A program made the translations under genes and the position numbers. A stretch of 64,000 nt of DNA. Source: an uncultured Microbacteriaceae bacterium. GTDB taxonomy: Bacteria; Actinomycetota; Actinomycetes; Actinomycetales; Microbacteriaceae. Positions 50,797 through 62,936 of this stretch are shown piece by piece. A model generated the notes under the pieces. The model searched no databases, was not told the DNA's origin, and was given only the letters and a program-made list of their open reading frames with translations. The stretch covers positions 21,336 to 85,335 of the forward strand of contig CAKZKU010000116.1 in NCBI GenBank assembly GCA_937124545.1. The letters run 5' to 3'. The first letter of the stretch is position 1. Each line of letters starts with the position of its first letter.

Positions 50797-51531
50797 ATGG
50801 CGCACCTCTATCGCGTGAGCGACAACGCCCCACTTGTGGCGGGTTCGACCGTGACCCTTGAGGGCGATGAAGCCCGTCACGCCTCCAGTGTGGCCCGACT
50901 CACACCGGGCGAGAATGTCGCGCTCACCGATGGGCGAGGGCTTATGGCCCAGAGTGTCGTTCAGGAGAGCTCAGCGCAGCGGGTCACACTCGTCGTGGCC
51001 TCGGTGGAGGACGTTGCTCCGCTGACGCCGGAAGTGTGGTTGGTTCAAGCCCTGGCCAAGGGCGACCGGGACGAACGAGCGGTCGAGGCGTGCACAGAGC
51101 TGGGGGTTGATCGGATCATCCCGTGGCAGGCTGCCCGCAGTGTGGCCCGGTGGTCCGGAGCAAAAATTGAGAAGTCAGTTGCACGATGGCAGCGAATTGC
51201 GGGCGAGGCAAGCAAACAATCGCTGCGAGCGTGGGTGCCTGGTGTCGAGAACATGGTGGAGCTGCAGCAGTTGGTCGATATGGCGAGCTCAACCCGAATG
51301 GTGTTACTAGAGCCAATGGCGAGCCTTGCGCTGCACCAGGCCATTCCCGCTGGCGATCAACCCGTTGTCCTCGTGGTCGGACCAGAGGGGGGTATCTCCC
51401 CGCAAGAGCGGGAAGCCCTGGAGAATGCTGGAGCGACATCGGCCTCGCTGGGGCCCCTGGTAATGCGCACATCCACGGCGGGGGTCGCGGCACTGTCCGT
51501 GCTCAATCACACGCTCGGGAGATTTGAGTGA
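50797..51531 (+). CDS. rsmE: 16S rRNA m3U1498 methyltransferase
   Basis: QALAKGDRDE, TELGVD, VGPEGG, LGPLVMRTSTAG. Confidence 0.94.
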   Translation: MAHLYRVSDNAPLVAGSTVTLEGDEARHASSVARLTPGENVALTDGRGLMAQSVVQESSAQRVTLVVASVEDVAPLTPEVWLVQALAKGDRDERAVEACTELGVDRIIPWQAARSVARWSGAKIEKSVARWQRIAGEASKQSLRAWVPGVENMVELQQLVDMASSTRMVLLEPMASLALHQAIPAGDQPVVLVVGPEGGISPQEREALENAGATSASLGPLVMRTSTAGVAALSVLNHTLGRFE

Positions 51532-51571
51532 AACTTTTTACCCGGAAACACCGGGCTCTAGACTGATTGCT

Positions 51572-51925
51572 ATGACCGAAGAGGACCGCTCGATTTTCTC
51601 GCGCATTATTGATCGCGAGATTCCGGCGCGCATCGTTGCGGAGACCGAAACAATCATCGCTTTTCACGATGTCGCGCCCCAGGCGCCGGTCCACGTGCTG
51701 GTGGTCCCGAAAACGGCTCAATATGTGACGGTCAATGAGTTGGCAGCCGCTGATCCCGGGCTGCTGGCGGAAATGGTGAAGATGGCGCAGTCTCTCGCCG
51801 ATGACTTAGCGCAGGGCGACTACCGATTGGTGTTCAATTCGGGAGCGAGCGCTGGCCAAACCGTGTTTCATGTTCATGCTCACGTCCTTGCGGGCGCACT
51901 TGAAGAAGGAACTCTTGCCGGCTAA
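51572..51925 (+). CDS. HIT-family nucleotide-binding protein
   Basis: IFSRII, PQAPVHVLVVPK, AGQTVFHVHAHVL; leaderless ATG 51572. Confidence 0.92.
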   Translation: MTEEDRSIFSRIIDREIPARIVAETETIIAFHDVAPQAPVHVLVVPKTAQYVTVNELAAADPGLLAEMVKMAQSLADDLAQGDYRLVFNSGASAGQTVFHVHAHVLAGALEEGTLAG

Positions 51926-52904
51926 ATCTTCCCCCGCGCTCACAACATTGAGCCTTCAACTGGACGACGTGTCCATGGTCGCAGTTCTCGGCGTTAACGA
52001 CACTGTGCTTGCCCTGCTGGAGAAACACTTCCCCACGGTGACGATCGCTGTGCGGGGCAACATGGTCTCCGTTACGGGCCCTCTCGACGATGCCCAGCGG
52101 GCGAAGGACCTTCTGAGCAATCTGGCGCAGGCGGCACGCAGCAACCCGGGGCTTTCCGCCGAAGATATGGTGCGCGCTGCCCAAGCGGCCGAAGAAGCTC
52201 GCATCACTCCCACAAACTTTTTGTCCGAGCCGATTCTCTCCAGTAAGGGCAGGGCACTCCGCCCGAAGACAATGGGTCAAAAGACCTACGTGGACGCCAT
52301 TGACCACCACACTGTGGTGTTCGGTATTGGGCCGGCGGGAACGGGAAAAACCTATTTGGCGATGGCAAAAGCGGTTCAAGCGTTGGAGCGCAAAGAAATC
52401 GACCGGATTATTTTGACCAGGCCCGCTGTTGAGGCGGGGGAGCGTTTGGGTTTTCTGCCTGGCACCTTGAGCGACAAGATCGACCCGTATCTACGCCCAC
52501 TTTTTGACGCCCTCCACGAGATGATGGACCCGGATCTGGTGCCCAAGCTCCTGGAAGCGGGAACGATCGAGGTGGCGCCGCTTGCCTACATGAGGGGCCG
52601 AACATTGAATCGCGCCTTCATCATCCTCGATGAGGCCCAAAACACTTCGCCGGAACAGATGAAAATGTTCCTCACCCGACTGGGCTTCGAATCGAAGATG
52701 GTCATCACCGGCGACATCACCCAGGTGGATATTCCCGGTGGAAATAGCGGGCTCGCCGTGGTGGGAAAGATTTTGGAAAATATCGAGGACATTCACTTCC
52801 ACCATCTTGATTCTCGCGATGTGGTGCGTCACGCGCTGGTGTCAGCGATCGTTGAGGCCTACGCATCCCATGACGCCAAGCAGGAGCCTTCGCGTGGGCG
52901 TTGA
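51915..52904 (+). CDS. phoH: PhoH-family ATPase
   Basis: GPAGTGKT, RPAVEAGERLGFLPG, YMRGRT, DEAQN; probable TTG start after AAGGA. Confidence 0.93.
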   Translation: MPAKSSPALTTLSLQLDDVSMVAVLGVNDTVLALLEKHFPTVTIAVRGNMVSVTGPLDDAQRAKDLLSNLAQAARSNPGLSAEDMVRAAQAAEEARITPTNFLSEPILSSKGRALRPKTMGQKTYVDAIDHHTVVFGIGPAGTGKTYLAMAKAVQALERKEIDRIILTRPAVEAGERLGFLPGTLSDKIDPYLRPLFDALHEMMDPDLVPKLLEAGTIEVAPLAYMRGRTLNRAFIILDEAQNTSPEQMKMFLTRLGFESKMVITGDITQVDIPGGNSGLAVVGKILENIEDIHFHHLDSRDVVRHALVSAIVEAYASHDAKQEPSRGR

Positions 52905-53358
52905 GCTGCGCAACGAATCGGGCGTCGAGGTCGATCATTCTTCCCTGCAACGGGTCATCGCCTTTGGGATGTCCGCGTTGCGCGTGCACAGTGATGCCGA
53001 AGTGGCCGTAATCCTTGTCGATGAGGCAGCCATGGAGGAGTTGCACATCGAATGGATGGGTGAATCGGGACCCACCGACGTGTTGAGCTTTCCGATGGAC
53101 GAACTACGTCCGGGTCCCGAAGGGGGCGAGGAGTCTCTGGGAATCCTCGGCGACATCGTGCTGTGTCCGACGGTGGCGGCTGCACAGGCAGAGGGAGCGG
53201 GCCATTCCGTGATGGCGGAGCTTCGCATGCTGAGCGTTCACGGTCTGTTGCATCTTTTGGGTTTCGATCACGCTGAACCGGCGGAGGAAAAAGAAATGTT
53301 TGGTCTTCAAGCAGAAATCCTCTCTGCTTTCGACACCCACGAACAGAGCCCTGCATGA
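52894..53358 (+). CDS. ybeY: rRNA maturation endoribonuclease
   Basis: PTDVLSFPMD, LGDIVLC, HGLLHLLGFDH. Confidence 0.95.
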   Translation: MGVELRNESGVEVDHSSLQRVIAFGMSALRVHSDAEVAVILVDEAAMEELHIEWMGESGPTDVLSFPMDELRPGPEGGEESLGILGDIVLCPTVAAAQAEGAGHSVMAELRMLSVHGLLHLLGFDHAEPAEEKEMFGLQAEILSAFDTHEQSPA

Positions 53359-54674
53359 GTGTGGTGTTCCTTCTCACGGCCATAGTTCTGGTGGTTGTGG
53401 GCGGCCTGCTCACCGCTATTAGTGCGGCGCTGGGAGCGGTAGGTCGAAACGAACTGATTGATCTGGCTGCCACCAAACGCAAACCCAAGGCGGTGCACGC
53501 GCTGGCAGCGGGAATGCCCGCTCACGAGCGCGCGGTGCGCTTTGTCCGGGTTGTTATCGAGAGCATCGCGGCGGTATTGCTCACCTTGGCGGTGTCCTCC
53601 TGGTTGGACCAGTGGTGGGAAATCCTGCTGGTCACCGGAGTGCTGTTAATCGGAATTTCCTTCGTGGTCGTCGGGTCCTCACCTCGCTCGGTGGGGCAGC
53701 GCCATGCCATTGCCCTGGTGGGCTTTTTTGCCGGTTTTGTTCACGCCATCCGCACGGTGGTGGGACCGCTCGCCGAACTGTTAATTGTTGTGGGAAACAT
53801 CGTGACACCGGGATCAGGTGGCGCCGCGGTCTCGCGAAGTGAAGACCAGCTGCGCAACTGGGTTGATGAGGCCGCCGACCAGGACATGCTCGAGGACGAG
53901 GACCGCGAGCTCATCCACTCGATCTTTGAGCTGGGGGACACCATTGTTCGCGAAGTCATGGTGGCCCGAACCGACATGGTGACCGTGGAGGGCACCAGCT
54001 CGGTCAACGAGACGATGGACATTTTTTTGGAGACAGGGGTCTCCAGAATTCCTGTGATCGGTAAAGACAGCGACGATGTTGTGGGTATCTGCTACCTGCG
54101 GGACGTCGCGCGGGTGCAGCACGAAAAGCCCGCGAGTGCCAAAAAGACGGCGATTGCCGCCCTTGCGAAGCCCGCAGTCTTTATCCCTGAGAGCAAAAAA
54201 GTCGACGAGACTCTGCGATTTCTGCAGCGGGAGCAAAACCACCTCGCCATGGTGGTCGATGAGTACGGGGGAATTGCCGGTCTCGTCACCATGGAAGACC
54301 TCATCGAGGAGCTTGTGGGTGAGATTTCGGACGAGTACGACCTGGATGTTGACGAAATCCTTCCGCTGGGTGCGGACAGTTACAAGGTGGCAGCCAAGTA
54401 TTCGTTGGATGACCTCGCAGATCTCTACGACATCGACATTGACGAAGACGACGTAGACACGGTGGGAGGACTGCTCACCAAACTCGTTGGTCGGTTACCC
54501 GAAGCTGACTCGATGGGAGAAACCACAGATCTTCGGCTTGTGGCGGAGGCACCTGGTGGCAGAAACCAGCGTGTGTCGTGGATTCGCGTGTATCCGACTG
54601 CCGCGTGGCTCGAGAAGCGAGCGCTTCGTGAAGAGATTGAGCAGGCCAGGACCGGCGAGATTCCGCTGCCATGA
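53355..54674 (+). CDS. CNNM/CorB-type (hemolysin family) CBS-domain membrane protein
   Basis: N-terminal TM domain, [39 protein letters not shown]. Confidence 0.9.
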   Translation: MSVVFLLTAIVLVVVGGLLTAISAALGAVGRNELIDLAATKRKPKAVHALAAGMPAHERAVRFVRVVIESIAAVLLTLAVSSWLDQWWEILLVTGVLLIGISFVVVGSSPRSVGQRHAIALVGFFAGFVHAIRTVVGPLAELLIVVGNIVTPGSGGAAVSRSEDQLRNWVDEAADQDMLEDEDRELIHSIFELGDTIVREVMVARTDMVTVEGTSSVNETMDIFLETGVSRIPVIGKDSDDVVGICYLRDVARVQHEKPASAKKTAIAALAKPAVFIPESKKVDETLRFLQREQNHLAMVVDEYGGIAGLVTMEDLIEELVGEISDEYDLDVDEILPLGADSYKVAAKYSLDDLADLYDIDIDEDDVDTVGGLLTKLVGRLPEADSMGETTDLRLVAEAPGGRNQRVSWIRVYPTAAWLEKRALREEIEQARTGEIPLP

Positions 54675-55567
54675 GCGCACACGCAAATTTTCGCGCAGGC
54701 TTCGTCACGTTCGTTGGACGGCCAAACGTGGGTAAATCAACCCTGATGAACGCCCTTGTGGGGGACAAGATCGCCATCACGTCGTCGAAGCCCCAAACCA
54801 CGAGGATGGCAATCCGGGGAATCGTTCACCGCGATGAGGGACAAATCATCATCGTGGATACGCCGGGAATTCACCGACCACGCACCCTTTTAGGCCAAAG
54901 GCTTAACGATGTGGTAACCCACACGCTCGGGGAAGTGGATGTCATCGCGATGTGCATCCCGGCCACCGATCCGGTAGGTCCGGGGGATCGTTTCATCGCC
55001 GAGAGTATCCGCGAATACCCTCGCGCCACGAAGATTGCGCTTGTTACAAAGACCGACATTGCTTCACCCGCCACGATCGCGCAACGACTGCTCGAAGTCA
55101 ACGAACTGGGAGACTGGTCCACCATCATTCCGGTTTCTGGGCACACCGGAGAGCAACTCGACATTTTGGTCGCAGAAATCCTCGCTCATCTGCCGGAATC
55201 GGAACCGCTCTATGAGGCCGACACCACTTCTGAGCAGAGCGTAGAGACTCGCATGGGTGAGCTGATTCGAGAAGCCACTCTTGAAGGAGTCTCGGACGAA
55301 TTGCCTCACTCGATTGCGGTCACCATTGATGAAATGCTCGAGCGGGATGATGGACTCATGCAGGTCTATGCGAACCTTTGGGTTGAGCGAGACAGCCAGA
55401 AAGGCATCATCATTGGCCACAAAGGCAGCAAACTCAAAGAAATTGGATCCGAGGCGCGAGCGGGAATCGAAAAGCTGTTGGGGCGCCGCATCCACCTGGC
55501 CATCCACGTGAAAGTGTCCAAAGAGTGGCAGCGTGATGCCAGCAAACTCGACAAGCTAGGGCTCTAG
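54671..55567 (+). CDS. era: GTPase Era
   Basis: GRPNVGKST, PQTTR, DTPG, KH domain SQKGIIIG. Confidence 0.96.
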   Translation: MSAHANFRAGFVTFVGRPNVGKSTLMNALVGDKIAITSSKPQTTRMAIRGIVHRDEGQIIIVDTPGIHRPRTLLGQRLNDVVTHTLGEVDVIAMCIPATDPVGPGDRFIAESIREYPRATKIALVTKTDIASPATIAQRLLEVNELGDWSTIIPVSGHTGEQLDILVAEILAHLPESEPLYEADTTSEQSVETRMGELIREATLEGVSDELPHSIAVTIDEMLERDDGLMQVYANLWVERDSQKGIIIGHKGSKLKEIGSEARAGIEKLLGRRIHLAIHVKVSKEWQRDASKLDKLGL

Positions 55568-55608
55568 GGTACTTTTCGTCCCGAAGGTTGGCGTGTTAGC
55601 CTGAGCAC

Positions 55609-55659
55609 GTGAACATCGAGCTTCTCCTCCTTCCCCGCCGCGCCGGGGTCCTTTACTAG
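55609..55659 (+). CDS. leuA leader peptide (MNIELLLLPRRAGVLY)
   Basis: GTG AAC ATC GAG CTT CTC CTC CTT...TAG with four consecutive Leu codons; -10 TAGCCT 6 nt upstream. Confidence 0.85.
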   Translation: MNIELLLLPRRAGVLY

Positions 55660-55699
55660 GCCATCCCCCGTCGCGGCTGAGCAGCCCTCTGGCCACTAA

Positions 55700-57487
<1,788 letters not shown>

Positions 57488-57547
57488 CGAACTGGGACGA
57501 TATCTCTCGCTCCGGCGCACGGTGGCTCGGCAAGGGATACTAGAGAC

Positions 57548-58297
57548 GTGCCAACGTATCGGGATGACGCCATTGTGTTGAGGGCGCACCTGCTCGGGGA
57601 AGCCGACAAAATTCTTACCCTCCTGTGCAAGAACAACGGCAAAGTTCGAGCAGTCGCGAAAGGTGTGCGCAAAACCACTAGCCGTTTCGGCGCGCGGTTG
57701 GAAGCCTTCAATGTCGTTGATGCGCAATTTTATGAGGGGAAAAGTCTCGATATTGTCCAGCAGGCCGAAACCATTGGGGGCTATTCCAGTGCGATCGGCG
57801 GCGACTACTCCAAGTACACGGCGGCGATGGTGATGGTGGAGACAGCCGATAGTTTGAGCGACCACGACTACCAGCCTGCTCAGTACACCCTGTTGCTCGG
57901 AGGCTTGCGCGCTCTGGCAGCGGGCGAACACCCCTCGGGTCAGATTGTCGACAGCTACCTTTTGCGAGCGTTAGCGCTTGCCGGCTGGTCCCCGAGCCTT
58001 GACGAGTGCGCGGTGAGCGGGGAACCCGGTGACCACCGGGCTTTTGATGTTTCTCTCGGAGGAGTTGTTGCGGATGGGGTCGCCCCGCCCGGATCACCGC
58101 GGTTGCAAACAGGCTCAAAAGAGCTGCTTCAAGCGCTGCTACAAGGCCAGTGGGACGCTGTTGAGAGTGCAGAAAAATCAGTGACACAGCAGGTGTCGGG
58201 AATTATTGCCGCGTATACACAATTTCATCTCGAGAAACATGTGCGCTCCCTGGCCCACCTCGATCGAAGCGTCCAGCCTCAGGAGCAGAGTTCATGA
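57548..58297 (+). CDS. recO: DNA repair protein RecO
   Basis: [38 protein letters not shown]. Confidence 0.94.
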   Translation: MPTYRDDAIVLRAHLLGEADKILTLLCKNNGKVRAVAKGVRKTTSRFGARLEAFNVVDAQFYEGKSLDIVQQAETIGGYSSAIGGDYSKYTAAMVMVETADSLSDHDYQPAQYTLLLGGLRALAAGEHPSGQIVDSYLLRALALAGWSPSLDECAVSGEPGDHRAFDVSLGGVVADGVAPPGSPRLQTGSKELLQALLQGQWDAVESAEKSVTQQVSGIIAAYTQFHLEKHVRSLAHLDRSVQPQEQSS

Positions 58298-59085
58298 GCG
58301 AAATGTTGCCCGTGAATTGGACCGGAGTTGAACCTCCCGCCTTTGACCCCGGGACGTTACCTGCTCACGTGGCGCTCGTGATGGATGGAAACGGACGCTG
58401 GGCCAATGCGCAGGGCCTGACGCGAGTCGAAGGTCACAAGGCAGGGGAGGCAGCTCTGTTGGATGTCGTCGCCGGGGCGCTCCAAGCAGGGGTCTCTCAC
58501 CTGTCGGTCTATGCGTTTTCGACAGAAAATTGGAATCGCTCGCCCGAAGAGGTGCGCTTTCTGATGGGTTTCAACCGCGATGTATTACGCCGCCGGCGCG
58601 ACCAGCTCAACGCGTGGGGGGTGCGAATCCGATGGTCCGGAAGAAAACCTAAGTTGTGGTCCACCGTCATCAAGGATTTGGAGACTGCCGAAAAGATGAC
58701 GGCCGGCAACGACACTCTCACTTTGACGATGTGCGTCAATTACGGCGGTCGCGCAGAGATCGTGGACGCGATCCGTGCCATTTCACAATCGGTGGATCGA
58801 GGACGCTTGTCCTCCTCGCGCATTACGGAAAAGACGGTGGCCAAGCATCTCTACATTCCCCACCAGCCGGATGTGGATTTGTTTGTTCGGACCTCTGGTG
58901 AACGTCGAACCAGCAATTTTTTGTTGTGGCAAAGCGCTTATGCCGAGATGGTGTTTCTTCCTACTCTCTGGCCCGATATGACGCGCATCCAGCTGTGGGA
59001 GGCGATCGAGGAATACCAGCGCCGAACACGACGTTTTGGTGGAGCCGTTGACCAGCCGTCGGAGGGAAACCAGGCCCCTCGGTAG
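58294..59085 (+). CDS. uppS: Isoprenyl (undecaprenyl/decaprenyl diphosphate) transferase
   Basis: [46 protein letters not shown]. Confidence 0.94.
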   Translation: MSEMLPVNWTGVEPPAFDPGTLPAHVALVMDGNGRWANAQGLTRVEGHKAGEAALLDVVAGALQAGVSHLSVYAFSTENWNRSPEEVRFLMGFNRDVLRRRRDQLNAWGVRIRWSGRKPKLWSTVIKDLETAEKMTAGNDTLTLTMCVNYGGRAEIVDAIRAISQSVDRGRLSSSRITEKTVAKHLYIPHQPDVDLFVRTSGERRTSNFLLWQSAYAEMVFLPTLWPDMTRIQLWEAIEEYQRRTRRFGGAVDQPSEGNQAPR

Positions 59086-59134
59086 GATAGGCACCAGCCC
59101 GCTGCACGTTTTTTTGACCTAAGGGAGCTCCTCC

Positions 59135-60520
59135 GTGGCGCCACAAAGCAAGCTCGACAGTGTCATAGCTCTCGCCAAACGTCGCGGTTTCGTGTACCAA
59201 TCGGGCGAAATCTACGGTGGCTCCCGTTCAGCCTGGGATTACGGGCCCTTGGGCGTTGAGTTGAAGGAGAACATCAAACGCCAGTGGTGGCGCCACATGG
59301 TCACCAGTCGTGCAGATGTTGTGGGTCTTGACTCGGCAGTGATTTTGCCCACGGCCGTCTGGAATGCCTCCGGACACGTGGACGTTTTTAGTGACCCGCT
59401 GGTGGAGTGTCTCTCGTGTCACAAGCGCTACCGAGCAGACCACTTGCTCGAAGAGTTTGAGGAGAAAAAGGGCCGCGCGCCAGAGAACGGTCTAGCCGAT
59501 ATTGCCTGCCCGCATTGTGGCAATAAGGGTTCTTTCACCGAGCCAAAAGAGTTCAGCGGGCTTTTGAAGACCTACCTGGGTCCGGTCGCCGACGAAGAGG
59601 GAATGCACTATCTTCGCCCGGAGACGGCTCAGGGCATCTTCGTCAATTTCAATAACGTCGTCCAGACAGCGCGTGTGAAGCCGCCGTTTGGGATCGCCCA
59701 GATCGGCAAAAGCTTCCGCAACGAAATCACCCCCGGAAACTTCATTTTCCGCACGCGCGAATTCGAGCAAATGGAGATGGAGTTCTTCGTGAAACCGGGC
59801 GAAGACGAAACGTGGCACCAGTACTGGATTGACCAGCGCTTTGCCTGGTACACCGAGTTGGGTATCAACCCCGACAACCTTCGCCTGTATGAGCACCCCG
59901 CCGACAAACTTTCGCACTACTCCAAACGCACCGTTGACATCGAATATCGCTTTGGTTTCCCCTCGGGAGAGTTTGGCGAGCTCGAAGGCGTGGCTAACCG
60001 CACCGACTTTGACTTGTCGACCCACAGCAAGCACTCGGGTACTGACCTTTCCTACTTTGACCAGGCCCTCGACGAGCGGTGGACGCCCTACGTGATCGAG
60101 CCGGCTGCGGGCCTAACCCGTTCGCTGATGGCATTTCTCGTGGATGCCTATGAGGAAGATGAGGCCCCCAACGCTAAAGGTGGTGTCGACAAGCGCACGG
60201 TGCTGCGCCTTGACCGCCGCCTTGCGCCGACCAAAGTGGCAGTTCTCCCGCTCTCACGCCATGAGGACCTCTCGCCGCTCGCGCAACGCGTAGCCGATGA
60301 TCTTCGTGCGCACTGGGCGGTGGAATTCGACGACGCCGGAGCGATTGGGCGCCGTTATCGTCGCAATGATGAGGTCGGGACTCCCTTTGCGGTGACCGTC
60401 GACTTCGATTCCCTCACCGACAACGCGGTCACCATTCGCGAAAGAGACACCATGGCCCAAGAGAGGGTGTCACTGGATAAGTTGCAGGGATATTTGGCCC
60501 AACAGCTGATTGGCGCGTAA
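59135..60520 (+). CDS. glyQS: Glycine--tRNA ligase (homodimeric alpha2 type)
   Basis: [41 protein letters not shown]. Confidence 0.96.
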   Translation: MAPQSKLDSVIALAKRRGFVYQSGEIYGGSRSAWDYGPLGVELKENIKRQWWRHMVTSRADVVGLDSAVILPTAVWNASGHVDVFSDPLVECLSCHKRYRADHLLEEFEEKKGRAPENGLADIACPHCGNKGSFTEPKEFSGLLKTYLGPVADEEGMHYLRPETAQGIFVNFNNVVQTARVKPPFGIAQIGKSFRNEITPGNFIFRTREFEQMEMEFFVKPGEDETWHQYWIDQRFAWYTELGINPDNLRLYEHPADKLSHYSKRTVDIEYRFGFPSGEFGELEGVANRTDFDLSTHSKHSGTDLSYFDQALDERWTPYVIEPAAGLTRSLMAFLVDAYEEDEAPNAKGGVDKRTVLRLDRRLAPTKVAVLPLSRHEDLSPLAQRVADDLRAHWAVEFDDAGAIGRRYRRNDEVGTPFAVTVDFDSLTDNAVTIRERDTMAQERVSLDKLQGYLAQQLIGA

Positions 60521-60522
60521 TC

Positions 60523-61680
60523 GTGACCGCCGTTAGCGCCGTCGAGAAGCCGCTAGCTATCGGGCCGCTCTCGCTCAGTATCCCGGTGGTTCTTGCTCCA
60601 ATGGCGGGAATCACCAACACCGCGTTCCGGCGGTTGTGTCGCGAATATGGAGCGGGGCTCTACGTCTCAGAAATGATTACTTCGCGTGCTCTGGTGGAGC
60701 GAACACCGACGAGCATGAGGTTGATCAAGCACCACGAATCGGAAACGCCGCGCAGCATTCAGCTCTATGGGGTTGACCCGGCAACCGTGTCGGAGGCCGT
60801 CGCTTACCTCGTGGGGGAGGACCTTTGTGACCACATCGATTTGAATTTTGGTTGCCCGGTTCCCAAAGTGACTAAGAAGGGCGGCGGAGCCGCCCTTCCC
60901 TGGAAGAAAAGCCTGTTTCGCCAGATCGTTGAGGGTGCGGTTGCCTCCGCGGGAGATATCCCCGTTACCGTCAAGATGCGCAAAGGAATTGACGATAACC
61001 ACCTGACCTTTATGGAGGCAGGCAAGGCCGCTGAAGGTGCAGGAGTTGCCTCCCTCGCGTTGCACGCGAGGACGGCTTCGCAGTATTACTCCGGTAAGGC
61101 GGACTGGGATGCCATCGGGGAACTGAAGTCGAGCATCTCCAGCATCCCTGTTTTGGGTAATGGTGATATCTGGAAAGCGGAAGATGCGCTCGCCATGGCC
61201 GCCCAGAGTGATTGTGACGGTGTGGTCGTCGGTCGAGGTTGCTTGGGTCGACCATGGTTGTTCGGGGACTTGCAGGAAGCATTTCGCGGGAGCGAGAAAC
61301 GCTACCGGCCCGGTGTCGCGGAGGTTGCGCGCGCTTTCCGACGTCACGCTGAGCTTCTCGTCGAATTTTTTGATGGGGAGGAGGACCGGGCATGCCGGGA
61401 TATCCGCAAACACGTGGCCTGGTATTTCAAGGGATACCCCGTTGGTGGTGACCTCCGAGCCCGTCTGGCAACGGTGGAATCTCTCCAACAGCTTGATGAC
61501 TTCCTGGGTGAGCTCGATTACGACGCCGAGTACCCGGGCGATGGTGTTGAAGGGCCACGAGGGCGTCAAGGATCTCCGAAGAGGACGGCACTGCCCGAGA
61601 ATTGGCTTGACTCCCAAGAGCTATCGTCCAGCCAGCGCAGCGCCCTTCACCTAGCGGAGGTGGATTCCAGTGGAGGCTAG
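60523..61680 (+). CDS. dusB: tRNA-dihydrouridine synthase
   Basis: LAPMAGIT, IDLNFGCPVPKV, VTVKMR, LHART, GNGDI. Confidence 0.94.
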   Translation: MTAVSAVEKPLAIGPLSLSIPVVLAPMAGITNTAFRRLCREYGAGLYVSEMITSRALVERTPTSMRLIKHHESETPRSIQLYGVDPATVSEAVAYLVGEDLCDHIDLNFGCPVPKVTKKGGGAALPWKKSLFRQIVEGAVASAGDIPVTVKMRKGIDDNHLTFMEAGKAAEGAGVASLALHARTASQYYSGKADWDAIGELKSSISSIPVLGNGDIWKAEDALAMAAQSDCDGVVVGRGCLGRPWLFGDLQEAFRGSEKRYRPGVAEVARAFRRHAELLVEFFDGEEDRACRDIRKHVAWYFKGYPVGGDLRARLATVESLQQLDDFLGELDYDAEYPGDGVEGPRGRQGSPKRTALPENWLDSQELSSSQRSALHLAEVDSSGG

Positions 61681-62878
61681 CCCACTCGACCGGGAACGGT
61701 TCGTTCCGGAAAACAGTTCCTCCCACCGCAGCGACTTTGCTCGGGATCGTGGGAGGCTCTTGCATTCCTCTGCCTTACGCCGCCTAGCGGCCAAAACCCA
61801 GGTGCTGTCACCCTCGGGCGGATTGGATTTTGCGCGCAATCGTTTAACGCACTCGCTCGAAGTGGCGCAGATCGGGCGGGAGCTTGCCTCTCGGCTCGGT
61901 TTGGATGCTGACGTGGTTGAAACCGCGTGCCTTGCCCACGACATCGGTCACCCGCCCTTCGGGCATAACGGCGAACGCGCCTTGTCCGAATGGGCGAGTG
62001 ATTGCGGCGGTTTTGAGGGCAACGCTCAAACATTTCGACTGTTGGTGCGGCTGGAGCCAAAAGTTCACGATAAGCACGGTATTTCCCGCGGTTTGAACCT
62101 CACGCGCGCCAGCCTCCTGGCGACTATGAAGTATCCGTGGGGTGTGCAGAGCGCCGAGGTCGACCCCAGTGGGAGGGCAAAATTTGGTGCCTACCCCGAT
62201 GATGATGAGGTCTTTCAGTGGGCTCGACAGGGACAGGCGGAGAGACAGCTCACCCCCGAGGCCCAGGTAATGGATTTCTCGGACGATGTTGCCTATTCGG
62301 TTCACGATTTCGAGGACGCCATTGTCAATGGGTACATCGACCCGCGGGCTTTGGAAAGTTCCACCGCAAAAACCGACGTTTTCGCGGGCATGACTCCCTG
62401 GGTGGGCGATATGCCTCCGGGTCGCGCGGAAGAGGCCTGGGATCGACTCTCCACGGTGTGGGAGGTCGTGAAAAGTTACGAAGGCACCCGTCAGGATCTC
62501 GGTGCACTGAAGAACGTGACCAGCACGCTGATCGGGCGCTTTGCCTCTCGCGCGGAACTTCACGCCCGAGAATCACGGGTTCACACCGTCGCGATACCCG
62601 AAGAAACCCTCGACGAAATTCTGCTACTCAAAGCGATTGTCGCCGTCCACGTTATGTCCCACACGGCACGCCAACCGCTGTACCTCCACCAGCGTGATGT
62701 TCTGAAATCTCTGGCTGATGCGATGTTTGCCGAACCGCATCACCTCGATCCGGTCTTTTCCGAGGATTACCGACTGGCCGGTGATACCGCCGGCCAGAAA
62801 AGAGTGATTGTCGACCAGGTCGCCTCGCTGACGGATCAGTCGGCCCTGGCGCTCTATGAGCGCCTCGGCTTTGCCTAG
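61670..62878 (+). CDS. dgt: dGTP triphosphohydrolase
   Basis: RRLAAKTQV, RNRLTHSLEV, HDIGHPPFGHNGE, FEGNAQ, DDVAYSVHD. Confidence 0.94.
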   Translation: MEASPLDRERFVPENSSSHRSDFARDRGRLLHSSALRRLAAKTQVLSPSGGLDFARNRLTHSLEVAQIGRELASRLGLDADVVETACLAHDIGHPPFGHNGERALSEWASDCGGFEGNAQTFRLLVRLEPKVHDKHGISRGLNLTRASLLATMKYPWGVQSAEVDPSGRAKFGAYPDDDEVFQWARQGQAERQLTPEAQVMDFSDDVAYSVHDFEDAIVNGYIDPRALESSTAKTDVFAGMTPWVGDMPPGRAEEAWDRLSTVWEVVKSYEGTRQDLGALKNVTSTLIGRFASRAELHARESRVHTVAIPEETLDEILLLKAIVAVHVMSHTARQPLYLHQRDVLKSLADAMFAEPHHLDPVFSEDYRLAGDTAGQKRVIVDQVASLTDQSALALYERLGFA

Positions 62879-62936
62879 TCGGCTGCTCGTGGGGATACTC
62901 CGGGATGCCCACGCCCGCCGTAACTAGACTGAGGGC

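Noticed and set aside
60667..61617. 316-aa antisense ORF inside dusB
   Set aside because: Antisense shadow with no independent evidence
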